In this document: positions 48,940 to 61,939 of the stretch, in pieces
How positions within the stretch are numbered: position 1 is the stretch's first letter
How the letters are laid out: each line of letters starts with the position of its first letter
Assembly (NCBI GenBank): GCA_950097015.1
Contig: CATNEN010000009.1
Coordinates: 248,001 to 312,000 of the forward strand
DNA length: 64,000 nt
From: Macrostomum hystrix
Taxonomy: Eukaryota; Animalia; Platyhelminthes
Direction of reading: 5' to 3'
Made by a program: the position numbers and the translations under genes
The notes under the pieces: model-generated
Databases searched by the model: none
What the model was told of the DNA's origin: nothing
The model's input: the letters and a program-made list of their open reading frames with translations, nothing else

Positions 48940-51710
48940 ACTGGCACTAAAGAGCACTGGCACTCACTATTAGTAGAGACCGGCACTCCATTTTTAGGAC
49001 TGGCACTCACTATTAGTAGACACCGGCACTCCATTTTAGGGACTGGCACTCACTATTAGTAGAGACCGGCACTCCATTTTAGGGACTGGCACTCACTATT
49101 AGTAGAGACCGGCACTCCATTTTAGGGACTGGCACTCACTATTAGTAGAGACCGGCACTCCATTTTAGGGACTGGCACTCACTATTAGTAGACACCGGCA
49201 CTCCATTTTAGGACTGGCACTCACTATTAGTAGACACCGGCACTCCATTTTTAGGACTGGCACTCACTATTAGTAGAGACCGGCACTCCATTTTTAGGAC
49301 TGGCACTCACTATTAGTAGACACCGGCACTCCATTTTTAGGACTGGCACTCACTATTAGTAGACACCGGCACTCCATTTTTAGGGACTGGCACTCACTAT
49401 TAGTAGAGACCGGCACTCCATTTTAGGGACTGGCACTCACTATTAGTAGACACCGGCACTCCATTTTTAGGACTGGCACTCACTATTAGTAGACACCGGC
49501 ACTCCATTTTAGGGACTGGCACTCACTATTAGTAGAGACCGGCACTCCATTTTAGGGACTGGCACTCACTATTAGTAGAGACCGGCACTCCATTTTTAGG
49601 ACTGGCACTCACTATTAGTAGACACCGGCACTCCATTTTAGGGACTGGCACTCACTATTAGTAGAGACCGGCACTCCATTTTTAGGACTGGCACTCACTA
49701 TTAGTAGACACCGGCACTCCATTTTAGGACTGGCACTCACTATTAGTAGACACCGGCACTCCATTTTTAGGACTGGCACTCACTATTAGTAGAGACCGGC
49801 ACTCCATTTTAGGGACTGGCACTCACTATTAGTAGACACCGGCACTCCATTTTAGGACTGGCACTCACTATTAGTAGACACCGGCACTCCATTTTTAGGA
49901 CTGGCACTCACTATTAGTAGAGACCGGCACTCCATTTTTAGGACTGGCACTCACTATTAGTAGACACCGGCACTCCATTTTTAGGACTGGCACTCACTAT
50001 TAGTAGACACCGGCACTCCATTTTTAGGGACTGGCACTCACTATTAGTAGAGACCGGCACTCCATTTTAGGGACTGGCACTCACTATTAGTAGACACCGG
50101 CACTCCATTTTTAGGACTGGCACTCACTATTAGTAGACACCGGCACTCCATTTTAGGGACTGGCACTCACTATTAGTAGAGACCGGCACTCCATTTTAGG
50201 GACTGGCACTCACTATTAGTAGAGACCGGCACTCCATTTTTAGGACTGGCACTCACTATTAGTAGACACCGGCACTCCATTTTAGGGACTGGCACTCACT
50301 ATTAGTAGAGACCGGCACTCCATTTTTAGGACTGGCACTCACTATTAGTAGACACCGGCACTCCATTTTTAGGACTGGCACTCACTATTAGTAGACACCG
50401 GCACTCCATTTTAGGGACTGGCACTCACTATTAGTAGACACCGGCACTCCATTTTAGGGACTGGCACTCACTATTAGTAGACACCGGCACTCCATTTTAG
50501 GGACTGGCACTCACTATTAGTAGACACCGGCACTCCATTTTTAGGACTGGCACTCACTATTAGTAGACACCGGCACTCCATTTTAGGGACTGGCACTCAC
50601 TATTAGTAGACACCGGCACTCCATTTTAGGGACTGGCACTCACTATTAGTAGACACCGGCACTCCATTTTTAGGACTGGCACTCACTATTAGTAGACACC
50701 GGCACTCCATTTTAGGGACTGGCACTCACTATTAGTAGAGACCGGCACTCCATTTTAGGGACTGGCACTCACTATTAGTAGAGACCGGCACTCATTTTAG
50801 GGACTGGCACTCACTATTAGTAGACACCGGCACTCCATTTTAGGGACTGGCACTCACTATTAGTAGAGACCGGCACTCCATTTTAGGGACTGGCACTCAC
50901 TATTAGTAGACACCGGCACTCCATTTTAGGGACTGGCACTCACTATTAGTAGACACCGGCACTCCATTTTAGGGACTGGCACTCACTATTAGTAGACACC
51001 GGCACTCCATTTTAGGGACTGGCACTCACTATTAGTAGAGACCGGCACTCCTTTTAGGGACTGGCACTCACTATTAGTAGAGACCGGCACTCCATTTTTA
51101 GGACTGGCACTCACTATTAGTAGACACCGGCACTCCATTTTAGGGACTGGCACTCACTATTAGTAGAGACCGGCACTCCATTTTTAGGACTGGCACTCAC
51201 TATTAGTAGACACCGGCACTCCATTTTTAGGACTGGCACTCACTATTAGTAGACACCGGCACTCCATTTTAGGGACTGGCACTCACTATTAGTAGAGACC
51301 GGCACTCCATTTTAGGGACTAGCACTCACTATTAGTAGAGACCGGCACTCCATTTTAGGGACTGGCACTCACTATTAGTAGAGACCGGCACTCCATTTTA
51401 GGGACTGGCACTCACTATTAGTAGAGACCGGCACTCATTTTAGGGACTGGCACTCACTATTAGTAGACACCGGCACTCCATTTTAGGGACTGGCACTCAC
51501 TATTAGTAGACACCGGCACTCCATTTTAGGGACTGGCACTCACTATTAGTAGAGACCGGCACTCCATTTTAGGGACTGGCACTCACTATTAGTAGAGACC
51601 GGCACTCCTTTTAGGGACTGGCACTCACTATTAGTAGAGACCGGCACTCCTTTTAGGGACTGGCACTCACTATTAGTAGATACCGGCACTCATTTTAGGG
51701 ACTGGCACTT
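48940..51710. repeat. 43-bp satellite (GGACTGGCACTCACTATTAGTAGACACCGGCACTCCATTTTAG)n, a dimer of ~21-22-bp subunits
   Basis: Period 43 (50161, 50204); ~64 copies. Confidence 0.95.
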
Positions 51711-51929
51711 ACAATTAATTGAAAATTGCGCTGACTGACTGACTGATCTGAAAGTGCACAAGCAGACAATTACAAACACAACCGCAGTTAGTAGCCCTTA
51801 CTTGCTAATGCTGAATCTCCGATTGAACTGCCATCAAAACGAGCTCTTCTTCATTCGCTTTGAGTGTACCGCATTCGACTACTATGAGTAGCGCGTAGAA
51901 CAGAGCCGTGCCGAACCTCTTCTCGGAAT

Positions 51930-52680
51930 TCATCTCCTGAGCCGCAGCTGCGTCAGTTTAGAAATTGTGTCTGTTCTCCCTGCAGCTTCCTGACTGCCTC
52001 ATCTCCTGAGCTGCAGCTGCGTCAGTTTAGAAATTGTGTCTGTTCTCCCTGCAGCTTCCTGACTGCCTCATCTCCTGAGCTGCAGCTGCGTCAGTTTAGA
52101 AATGGTGTCTATTTTCCCTGCAGCTTCCTGACTGCCTCATCTCCTGAGCTGCAGCTGCGTCAGTTTAGAAATTGTGTCTGTTTTCCCTGCAGCTTCCTGA
52201 CTGCCTCATCTCCTGAGCTGCAGCTGCGTCATTTTAGAAATTGTGTCTGTTTTCCCTGCAGATTCCTGACTGCCTCATCTCCTGAGCCGCAGCTGCGCCA
52301 GTTTAGAAATTGTGTCTGTTTTCCTGCAGCTTCCTGATTGCCTCATCTCCTGAGCTGCAGCTGCGTCATTTTAGAAATTGTGTCTGTTTTCCCTGCAGAT
52401 TCCTGACTGCCTCATCTCCTGAGCCGCAGCTGCGCCAGTTTAGAAATTGTGTCTGTTTTCCCTGCAGCTTCCTGATTGCCTCATCTCCTGAGCCGCAGCT
52501 GCGTCAGTTTGGAAATTGTGTCTGTTCTCCCTGCAGCTTCCTGACTGCCTCATCTCCTGAGCTGCAGCTGCGTCAGTTTAGAAATGGTGTCTATTTTCCC
52601 TGCAGCTTCCTGAGTGCCTCATCTCCTGAGCTGCAGCTGCATCAGTTTGGAAATTGTCTGTTCTCCCTGCAGCTTCCTTG
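51930..52680. repeat. 69-bp tandem repeat, ~11 copies
   Basis: ctcatctcctgag at 51998, 52067 and onward. Confidence 0.95.
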
Positions 52681-54617
52681 CAGAATACCTCAACGCCTGA
52701 GTTGCTGCTACAGTGGACTCAGGCTCCTGCCGCAACATATAATTGGTCTCAGACCGCAGCTGAAGTCAGGCAGGGCAGAGGCGATAAAGTGTCCGCGCTC
52801 GAGATTCGACGTCCGCACCAGTTAGCGTCACTTGTCAGGAAGCGGGCGGGGCTGCCGGCCAATTTGCCAGGCGGAGTCTCGCCGCTTTCCCTGATAAGGC
52901 CTGGGGCAGCTCCTATTAGCTGATTAGGCGCCCTGGGCCAGCCTAGGCCTTGACGGCCGTGAGCGCCGGAGATTCTGCCTGATTTGACATTCGGGCCTGT
53001 CAGCTGCTGGTATTTCTTCAAATGGGACTCGACACTAATTCACTCGTCAGATTGCTTGGCTTTGCTCTCGCAATCACATTTGGTTGCCAGCCGTTTAAAC
53101 TGGCCAGAGGTGCAGTTTAGCCAGTTCGCAGATTGTAGTTCTGCCAGCTCAGCAAGGCTACCTGTCCAGCTGACCTGACTGACAATCCAATCTTACAATC
53201 AATGCCGATCGGCCCGGAGGCGGCCAGAGGATTCTGAGTAAAGGGAAAATAAGCAGCCGATGAGATGTGCGAAACCACACTCTGGTGTGATAGTGAACAC
53301 ATCAGAGTGATAAAAGCTATTGAAAATAAGAATACCATTTACTTTCACGCCAGTGTTTTGGCTGCCTTTGTTTTGATTTGATTTTGAGCTTGATCTTTTG
53401 AGCTAGGTTCAGGTGAGCAAAAATATTATATTTATTCAAAGCCCTAATTAATTCAATCACACGTTTCCGTTTACCAGCTCAGAGGACAATAGGCAGGTGA
53501 GAATTGTGGCAGGACACTTCCTGATTTTGCTAGTCAAGAGAGGCTGACAATGGCCAGGCGAAGCGTTCTCACATTTTTCAGATGTGCGAATGTCGGCAAT
53601 TCTGCGGCACCTGGCAGGTGAAACTCAAGTGGGCATCGGGGCCGAAAGTTAGCAGCTTATTTTCTGTCTAAATCGGCAGCCACTGAACTCAGCGAAATCC
53701 CAGATCCCATGCCTGCGGGCAGCAGAAGTCGCAATCGATGAGCTGGGAGAGCCGAAAAAGAAAAAAATATCGAAGCTCAAGCCAGAAATTCGATCCCCGT
53801 GGCCGGCGGCTTTGATGAGGACGGGTCAGAGCGGCTTCGACTGGGGCTGGCTGAGCACGGCTCGCCAAAAACATGCTCGCCGCATTTCTGAGCTCGGCAC
53901 GCGACCCACTCAGCGGCGGGTGGATCCCAACTGCCTCGGGGAAAAATCCGTTGGGATAATTGGCATAGTTGCCTGACATCACGGGCGGCCTGCCATCCCC
54001 CCACCGCTGGCTGGGAGCGGCCCAAATTAGCGACTTTGCTCTGCCTCAAACTTCCCATCGATCCCAGCAGAAGACAAAGGAGTCTCGCTCGATGCCGCCC
54101 ACCTCTTCAATACTTTTTTGGAATAATCGAGAGCTGGGGCTGGCTGGGTTCTTCTCGGCTAAGTGGCGCCCAGCGAAACACACACCTGATCCCCCGCAGT
54201 GCTCAAGATGAGCGGGGATGGCCGCTCCATCGTTAGCTCACTTCGGCGGTTGCTAAAGCAGATCACAGATCTGATCGCGAGATAGCATGGCAAAACTTCA
54301 TGCAGAGTTCAAGTCTTGAGTTCGGTTGTCAAGGCGGGGCAAGGAAGAATTCCATGATATTAAAATATTGCTTTATGGATTCAGTTTTTCCTAGCAATTC
54401 AATTCGCCTTCCTTTCGACTCGAGCTGCCCGATCAATTAATAGTAATTATTTGCCATTCAGGCAGAATCCCATGTTTCTGGAGGCACCTGCCCGATGCTT
54501 TGCTAATTGCATTGCCCCACCTGGACCCCCCAACCTGAGCTGTCAATCAACATCAGCTAGACAGCCAGCTAGTCTGACACCATATTGCAAGTGCATACAA
54601 GCGTTTGGCTTGCTGGT

Positions 54618-54836
54618 TCACAACTGAGCGTTTCTATGTGTGAGGCACTTTGCCCTTGAGCTGGCCGAGTCACAACTGAGCGTTTCTATGTGTGAGGCAC
54701 TTTGCCCTTGAGCTGGCCGAGTCACAAGTGAGCGTTTCTATGTGTGAGGCACTTTGCCCTTGAGCTGGCCGAGTCACAACTGAGCGTTTCTATGTGTGAG
54801 GCACTTTGCCCTTGAGCTGGCCGAGTCACAAGTGAG
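54618..54836. repeat. 52-bp tandem repeat x4
   Basis: cacaactgagcgtttc at 54619, 54671 and onward. Confidence 0.9.
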
Positions 54837-54857
54837 CTGTGCACCGCTGGTTAAGAT

Positions 54858-55838
54858 TTTCGAGCTAATGTCGGATCATAGCTGTGAGCCGTGTACCATG
54901 CACTGGTTTTCGAGCTAATTTCAGGCAGTGCTTGTAGAAAATGCCGGATCATAGCTGTGAGCCGTGTACCATGCACTGGTTTTCGAGCTAATTTCAGGCA
55001 GTGCTTGTAGAAAATGCCGGATCATAGCTGTGAGCCGTGTACCATGCACTGGTTTTCGAGCTAATTTCAGGCAGTGCTTGTAGAAAATGCCGGATCATAG
55101 CTGTGAGCCGTGTACCATGCACTGGTTTTCGAGCTAATTTCAGGCAGTGCTTGTAGAAAATGCCGGATCATAGCTGTGAGCCGTGTACCATGCACTGGTT
55201 TTCGAGCTAATTTCAGGCAGTGCTTGTAGAAAATGCCGGATCATAGCTGTGAGCCGTGTACCATGCACTGGTTTTCGAGCTAATTTCAGGCAGTGCTTGT
55301 AGAAAATGCCGGATCATAACTGTGAGCCGTGTACCATGCACTGGTTTTCGAGCTAATTTCAGGCAGTGCTTGTAGAAAATGCCGGATCATAGCTGTGAGC
55401 CGTGTACCATGCACTGGTTTTCGAGCTAATTTCAGGCAGTGCTTGTAGAAAATGCCGGATCATAGCTGTGAGCCGTGTACCATGCACTGGTTTTCGAGCT
55501 AATTTCAGGCAGTGCTTGTAGAAAATGCCGGATCATAGCTGTGAGCCGTGTACCATGCACTGGTTTTCGAGCTAATTTCAGGCAGTGCTTGTAGAAAATG
55601 CCGGATCATAGCTGTGAGCCGTGTACCATGCACTGGTTTTCGAGCTAATTTCAGGCAGTGCTTGTAGAAAATGCCGGATCATAGCTGTGAGCCGTGTACC
55701 ATGCACTGGTTTTCGAGCTAATTTCAGGCAGTGCTTGTAGAAAATGCCGGATCATAGCTGTGAGCCGTGTACCATGCACTGGTTTTCGAGCTAATTTCAG
55801 GCAGTGCTTGTAGAAAATGTCGGATCATAGCTGTGAGC
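54858..55838. repeat. 73-bp tandem repeat, ~13 near-identical copies
   Basis: cgagctaatttcagg at 54911, 54984 and onward. Confidence 0.95.
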
Positions 55839-56971
55839 TTCTAAAGTATACTCGGCTTCTGTTCAAGTGTCAAGGCGTATTAAGCAGGCCGTCAGCACTG
55901 AATGCCTCACACGAATCCATTTCACCGTTGCTGTTTGTGCACAATGAAGGCATTTTCTGCTTGCCCGCCACTCACCTCTGCGATTGCAGTGAGGAATACA
56001 AGCAGATCTTATTGCCCTGTGCGAGCCCGCACTCGTGTTTGTTATTAAATAACGCTGCCGGCCTTGTTTCCTATGTTGAACCCCGCGAACCCACGGCTGC
56101 TTCGGAACCCCTGACCGCCTCTGAACACGCCAATCAAGCCCGCAGTCATCATTAATTTCCCCGTTTACGCAGCTCATTCCCCACTGATCCCCAGAAAATT
56201 AATAGATTCCCAATTCAGCGCAGGGAATTCCTCACCTGCTGATTCATATTTTTCACCCATTATTTCCCCTTGCCACACGGCAGCTGTCAATCAGGCCTTG
56301 GAGCTGCACTGTCGTGACTCCAGCGCACACAAGTATCTGCGTACAGGTGATCACCTGCGACCTGGCTGGACCGGCCAACTGGAGTTGACATTCAGCGCAT
56401 GACTCAAGAAAAGCTGAGCAGTACTCAATTGAGTAATTCTTAGCAGTTCCGATTTCAATTTGAATTCCCAACATTGAATTGCAGTATTGTCATGTATGAG
56501 AGAGACCCGTAAGGCTCAGGACCTGGACTGGTTTTTAAAGACATCATTAGGAAATCTCCCACTGCCCAAATCCCTCCGATTGTGGAAGCTACACGGCGCA
56601 AGCATTCGGAGACTCAGATAATGGCACAGGATGAGCCAAAATGTTGCCTTTTTCAAGGCTGAAACTGAAAATCATTCATCATTTTTTGTCTTTAATCCCC
56701 TATTTTCTACCCAGCGCCTTGGCCCGGCCTTTTCCTCCCTGTGAGAGGAAGCGCTGCCATTGGCTGGGAAGACGGGGAGGAGGAGGAGGGGACCGCCAGG
56801 CTCCGATGAGGCTGGCTGCGGAAGATGCAGCGGAGGCTGAGGAGGCCGGGTCTGGCCGCCCGAGCGGCTAAAAAAGGCGGTCTGCAGGACCTGCTCGGCA
56901 CAGCCGCTTGATTTTCACAACAGCTCGGAAATTTATTTGTCACAGTTTGTGGCTTGCTGACCCTCTGAGCA

Positions 56972-59900
56972 ATGTACCTGGAGGCCGGCAGCATGGGCGC
57001 CCTGCCAGCCCACCAGCCTCACTCGCCGCATCACAGCCACTTCCTGGCTCACGGGGCCGGGACATCAAGATTCTACGGAGGCGCCTTTGGCGGTGGTTTC
57101 GGCGGTGGCTTCGGCGGAGCCTTCGGCAGCTGCCCGCACCCGCAGCCACCGCAGCCGCATCCCGGCCGGTCCGCCAGCTTCGCAATCCACGAGCTGCTCG
57201 GACTTGGCCAGCAGATGGCGCAGGCTGCGGCTGCCGCTGCTGCCGTCACGACCACCTCAGCTTCCGTCAGCGCTAATTCGGCGGGGGCCTTGGCCGCCTC
57301 GGCTAGTGCTGACGACTGCGACAATGGTGCTGGCGATGACGGTGATGGCGGTGGCCTCGCTTCCTGCTGGCGCCGTTCCATTGGCAATGCGGCCGTGTCG
57401 GCCGCGGCTGCTGCCGCTGCAGCTGCGGCTGTCTCCGCTGCCGCAGCATCCGCCTCTTCAAATCCTTCCGGTGGCAGCGGCAGTGCAGGAGGCTTTGATC
57501 TGCATCTGAGTGGCGGTGAGTTGCGGTTGTTTTTTGATGTCCGTTTTTCTCTGCTCACGCTTTTCCTATTCTATATTCTCTTTGCGATTCTCCATTCAGC
57601 TACCCGATAAATTCGATAGAATTGGTGTAAATAGAAAATGATTTGCAATTATCACTGCAGCTGGCGCCGCGCTCAGAGGCCTCGCGGGAGACGAAGCCAG
57701 CGTCTTCGGTGGGAAGAAGAAGAAGAAAAAGAGAAGACACCGGTGAGTCGATCGCCCGACCTGGGGCTGAGGCTGGCTCTGCCATAGAACTGCATGGCTC
57801 TGCCATAGAACTGCATGGCTCTGCCATAGAACTGCATGGCTCTGCCATAGAACTGCATGGCTCTGCCATAGAACTGCATGGCTCTGCCATAGAACTGCAT
57901 GGCTCTGCCATAGAACTGCATGGCTCTGCCATAGAACTGCATGGCTCTGCCATAGAACTGCATGGAAAGCTTTCTCATCTGATGAAGAGGAAGCTATAAT
58001 TCAGCTTTGCTGATGTGTTAAGTCGCAATTCCTTCCGATGATGCGGTGGTTCAGGCCAGAAGTGGCATCAGCAAAATCCATTAATTTGCCGCTCCCGACG
58101 CCGCTGACCCGTAGAGCCCTCACTGTCTCCTGGCCAGAATTGGCCCCCCTGCGGGGCGAATGGGACTCTGGGTGGGTGGCGCGCAATTAACAATTTCCCT
58201 AATCTGGCCAACGAATCCGTGAGCTCTAGCGGCAACAGATTGGGGAGGAACAGGCTGTTATTCTTGGCCAGCCGAGGCAGCTTCCCACGGCTCGAACCGG
58301 GGCTCCCAATTAATCGTTTGGTTTGTTTTCGCAGGCGGGACAGCCCAAGCCAAACCTCTTTGGCCAGCAATCTCACCTTCGCAGCCTCTTCACCTTGCAC
58401 CGCGCGCCTCATTCGGGCCTTAATTAAAAGCAGCAATTCTCTGGATGGCTGGCACTTGATGCTGGGCGAGCTGGAAATTGCCAATTCGGCTGTTCCGACC
58501 CCACCCGCCACTTATCGGCCATCGAATTCGATATCATCGGGTGGGCGGCGCCAGTCCGCACCAGAAATTACCATCGATAAATTGATACACGATTTCTGCA
58601 GTCCTGAAGCTACTCGATCAGGGTGAGGGGAAGAGCGCGTGTTTTGGGAAGGCAAGGGCAGACTGGCAACTCCCTTTCAGCCAGTCAGCGGTACAGGGGT
58701 AACTCTAGGATGTCAATTATTCACGCCTGCCCAGGTGGTCGCTCGCTATACTTCCCTCCCCCGGTTCTGTCGCATAATATGTTGCCAAGGTGGTACCTGC
58801 TGCTGTTACTGCTGCTGCTGCATGCGCGGGCAGGCACGCATTATGCTAATTAGGAGGCAGAGCACGGGCCCGCAGCTGTCCATTTAAACTAGCCTCTGCT
58901 GCCCCGACTGTCATGCAGGACAGGGTGGTGAGTTATCCCATTGGCAAATTGTTGACCAGCTTAGTTTCATTAGGGCAAGTGAGGCGCTGTCAGTTCGCTA
59001 GTCATCAAAAGTCTATTCAGATGAAGGGAGACTTTCTAACACAGAAAAATAATTGAATTTTTAGCCCTGAGAGCAAGCAACTTTTCTTCCATCAGAGTGA
59101 TGCAATTTACGCTAGCAACATTTACCCTCGACTTCTACCCCAGCATCACGACTCTACCTCCTTCTACCCCAGCATCACGACTCTACCTCCTTCTACCCCA
59201 GCATCACGACTCTACCTCCTTCTGCCCCAGCATCACGACTCTACCTCCTTCTACCCCAGCATCACGACTCTACCTCCTTCTACCCCCCAGCATCACGACT
59301 CTACCTCCTTCTACTCCAGCATCACGACTCTACCTCCTTCTACCCCCCAGCATCACGACTCTACCTCCTTCTACCCCAGCATCACGACTCTACCTCCTTC
59401 TGCCCCAGCATCGCGACTCTACCTCCTTCTACCCCCCAGCATCACGACTCTACCTCCTTCTGCCCCAGCATCACGAATCATCCTCCTTCTACTCCAGCAT
59501 CACGACTCTACCTCCTTCTACCCCCCAGCATCACGACTCTACCTCCTTCTACCCCCAGCATCACGACTCTACCTCCTTCTGCCCCAGCATCACGACTCAA
59601 CCTACATCCGCTTCCTTCTACCCCCTTCTAAACCAGTTCATCAACACTACCCAAATCCACTTCCTTCTACTCCCTTCTACCCCGGTGCATCAACTCAACC
59701 CACATCCGCTTCCTTCTACCCCCTTCTGCCCCAGCGCATCAACTCAACCCACATCCGCTTCCTTCTACCCCCCTTCTGCCCCAGCGCATCAACTCAACCC
59801 ACATCCGCTTCCTTCTACCCCCCTTCTGCCCCAGCGCATCAACTCAACCCACATCAGCTTCCTTCTACCCCCTTCTACCCCAGCATCACAACTCAACCCC

Positions 59901-60819
59901 CATCCGCTTCCTTCTACCCCCTTCTGCCCCAGCGCATCAACTCAACCCACATCCACTTCCTTCTACCCCCTTCTACCCCCTTCTACCCCCTTCTACCCCA
60001 GCGCATCAACTCAACCCACATCCACTTCCTTCTACCCCCCTTCTACCCTCTTCTACCCCCTTCTACCCCCTTCTACCCCAGCGCATCAACTCTACCCACA
60101 TCCGCCAATCCTCTGCTCTTGCAGCACCATCTTCAGCAGCTACCAGATCGAGGAGCTGGAGCGAGCATTCAGCGAGGCGCATTACCCCGATGTGTACCAG
60201 CGCGAGGTGCTCAGTCTGAAGACGGACCTACCCGAAGACCGCATCCAGGTGTGGTTCCAGAACCGGCGGGCCAAGTGGCGCAAGACGGAGAAGACGTGGG
60301 GCAAGTCGTCGATCATGGCAGAATACGGTCTGTACGGAGCCATGGTGCGTCACTCGCTTCCTCTGCCCGAGAACATCCTCAAGGACGCCGGCGACTCGCC
60401 GGAGAAGTCAAACGCGCCGTGGCTGCTGGGTGAGTTTTTCTGGGACCCAGGATTTCTGAGAGGAATCGGTTGCTTAGAATATTTAAGCACTGAAAATAGT
60501 CTGCGCTGAGTTTCTGCGGGTCTGAGTGATGAGGCGCTGGCTTGAGTCTTAAAGCTAATGTATCGATTAGAGATTATCCTATTAGCAACAAATAATGCAG
60601 ACCAATTGGGCTAAAGCGGGTTTCTGCAGACGACTTAACTGAGCCTACCTGCATAAATCTATTTTTCAAAGCTTCCCCTGTACCACCCGCACCATAGGAA
60701 TGCACAAGAAGAGCATAGAGGCATCGCAGAAGTTTAAGGAGCACTCGGACCTCTCGCCCGAAGCTCCTGACGACGTTGAGGACGGAGGCGATGCTCCGTC
60801 AATGGGAGCAGAGGCCTGA
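56972..60819 (+). CDS. Vsx: Vsx/Chx10/ceh-10 paired-like (Q50) homeobox protein with eh1 octapeptide and CVC domain, ~350 aa
   Basis: join(56972..57515,57661..57742,60125..60429,60698..60819), phases consistent. FAIHELLGL (eh1), [24 protein letters not shown]...[12 protein letters not shown] (homeodomain), [29 protein letters not shown]...APWLLGMHKKS (CVC). No OAR motif seen. Confidence 0.95.
57773..57963. repeat. 21-bp minisatellite (GGCTCTGCCATAGAACTGCAT)x9 in Vsx intron 2
   Basis: Perfect copies starting ~30 nt after the donor. Confidence 0.95.
59130..60105. repeat. Compound C-rich minisatellite (29-30 bp then ~49 bp units) in Vsx intron 2, ending just before the exon 3 acceptor
   Basis: (ccccagcatcacgactctacctccttcta)n to ~59597, then (cagcgcatcaactcaacccacatccgcttccttctacccccttctgccc)n. 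Confidence 0.9.
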
Positions 60820-61416
60820 ACAAGGATTTCTTCATGGACTATGAGCTCGGTCATTGCTGTCATAGTATTTTAATTGTCCTATAGCAGCGAACATACCGAT
60901 TGTCTTTTTCTTTAGTAGACAATCAGCGAGTCACATTGTGTCAGTAAACTTTACCTGTTACTGAGCTCCTCCGTGCTGTACATACTTTCTGAGTAACTGG
61001 CGCTTGAGAATTCCATTTGGTCCCAGGCGCAGCCAGAGTTCGCCGCTGAATAAATAAATATACCCAACTACAGTCATAGCAGTCATGGCCGCACTGAGCC
61101 ATTCGGCCATGCAAAAACCAAATTCCGCTTTGCTTTGCGTATTAACTTCTTTACCAAGCGATGGCGCTCTGGGGGCATCAATAATAACAATAATATAACT
61201 GATTGCAGCTGCCCCCATTAGGCCAGATGTGCAGCCTACAGCACAGCCGCAGCTATCACGCGGTGCATCTCAAGGCTGCGTACGGCTGTTCAGTCCATGG
61301 ACTGGCGGGAGCACCATAAACTACCATTCCCATTCAACAGCTGGGTGAACTGAAGCAATGCTGAGTTAATTGTAAAAGTTAAAAGTTGAGTTGGTAAAGG
61401 GCACAAATTTTCAAGC

Positions 61417-61465
61417 GGAGTCGGGAATCGAAACCCCGACCTTCAAGTCTTGAGTATTCGGGCAT
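61417..61465 (-). other. tRNA T-arm/B-box-like fragment (possible SINE relic)
   Basis: Minus strand GTCGGGGTTTCGATTCCCGAC forms a T-arm-like hairpin; no A box found. Confidence 0.25.
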
Positions 61466-61939
61466 CAATGTAGAAGTGATAAACTCTTTACGCAGAGTAA
61501 AACTTTTGTCAATCTAATCGAGACTTCCATGAATTCTGAGCATCAAAACTGCAAGCTAGTCAAGCACCAGAAACTGGGCCGGGCCTAAAAGTCACGAACA
61601 GCAAAGGACTGCGCCATCAATTCTTTTGGAGTTTGTTCTCATGGAGCATGGTTTGTTCTCGGCTTTAGAAATCTCACACAAACGGCCAGCAATTTGCCAG
61701 TTTGGGAGGAGGATTTGTCACGCAAAAAGGATTCTTATCCCTGCGGGAGATCCGAGGTGGCCGTGGAGAAGTTTTACGCGATAATTAGTGAGCATTGGGA
61801 TTTAGAACGTGATTTTCTTGCCGGATTCCTGAAACAAACTGAAAACGGTCGATACAGAAATGGGTACTCAAACTGCTCTGAGGGTTCTCATCACCTGAAT
61901 AAAGGGAAACTCGAGGTGTTCAACATCTAAGTAGACTAT

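Noticed and set aside
53689-54236. GC-rich ORFs upstream of Vsx
   Set aside because: No recognisable domain or consistent splice sites; more likely regulatory DNA
29170-55838. CRISPR-like appearance of regular 35-97-bp repeats
   Set aside because: No unique spacers, no cas genes, eukaryotic spliced context
59097-60124. N-terminal 340 aa of the 470-aa ORF leading into the homeodomain
   Set aside because: Minisatellite-derived; the real exon starts at acceptor 60124/60125 in phase with the KKRRHR exon
61694-61930. 78-aa ORF before the terminal satellite
   Set aside because: Non-ATG start and no recognisable family; cannot be supported without a database search
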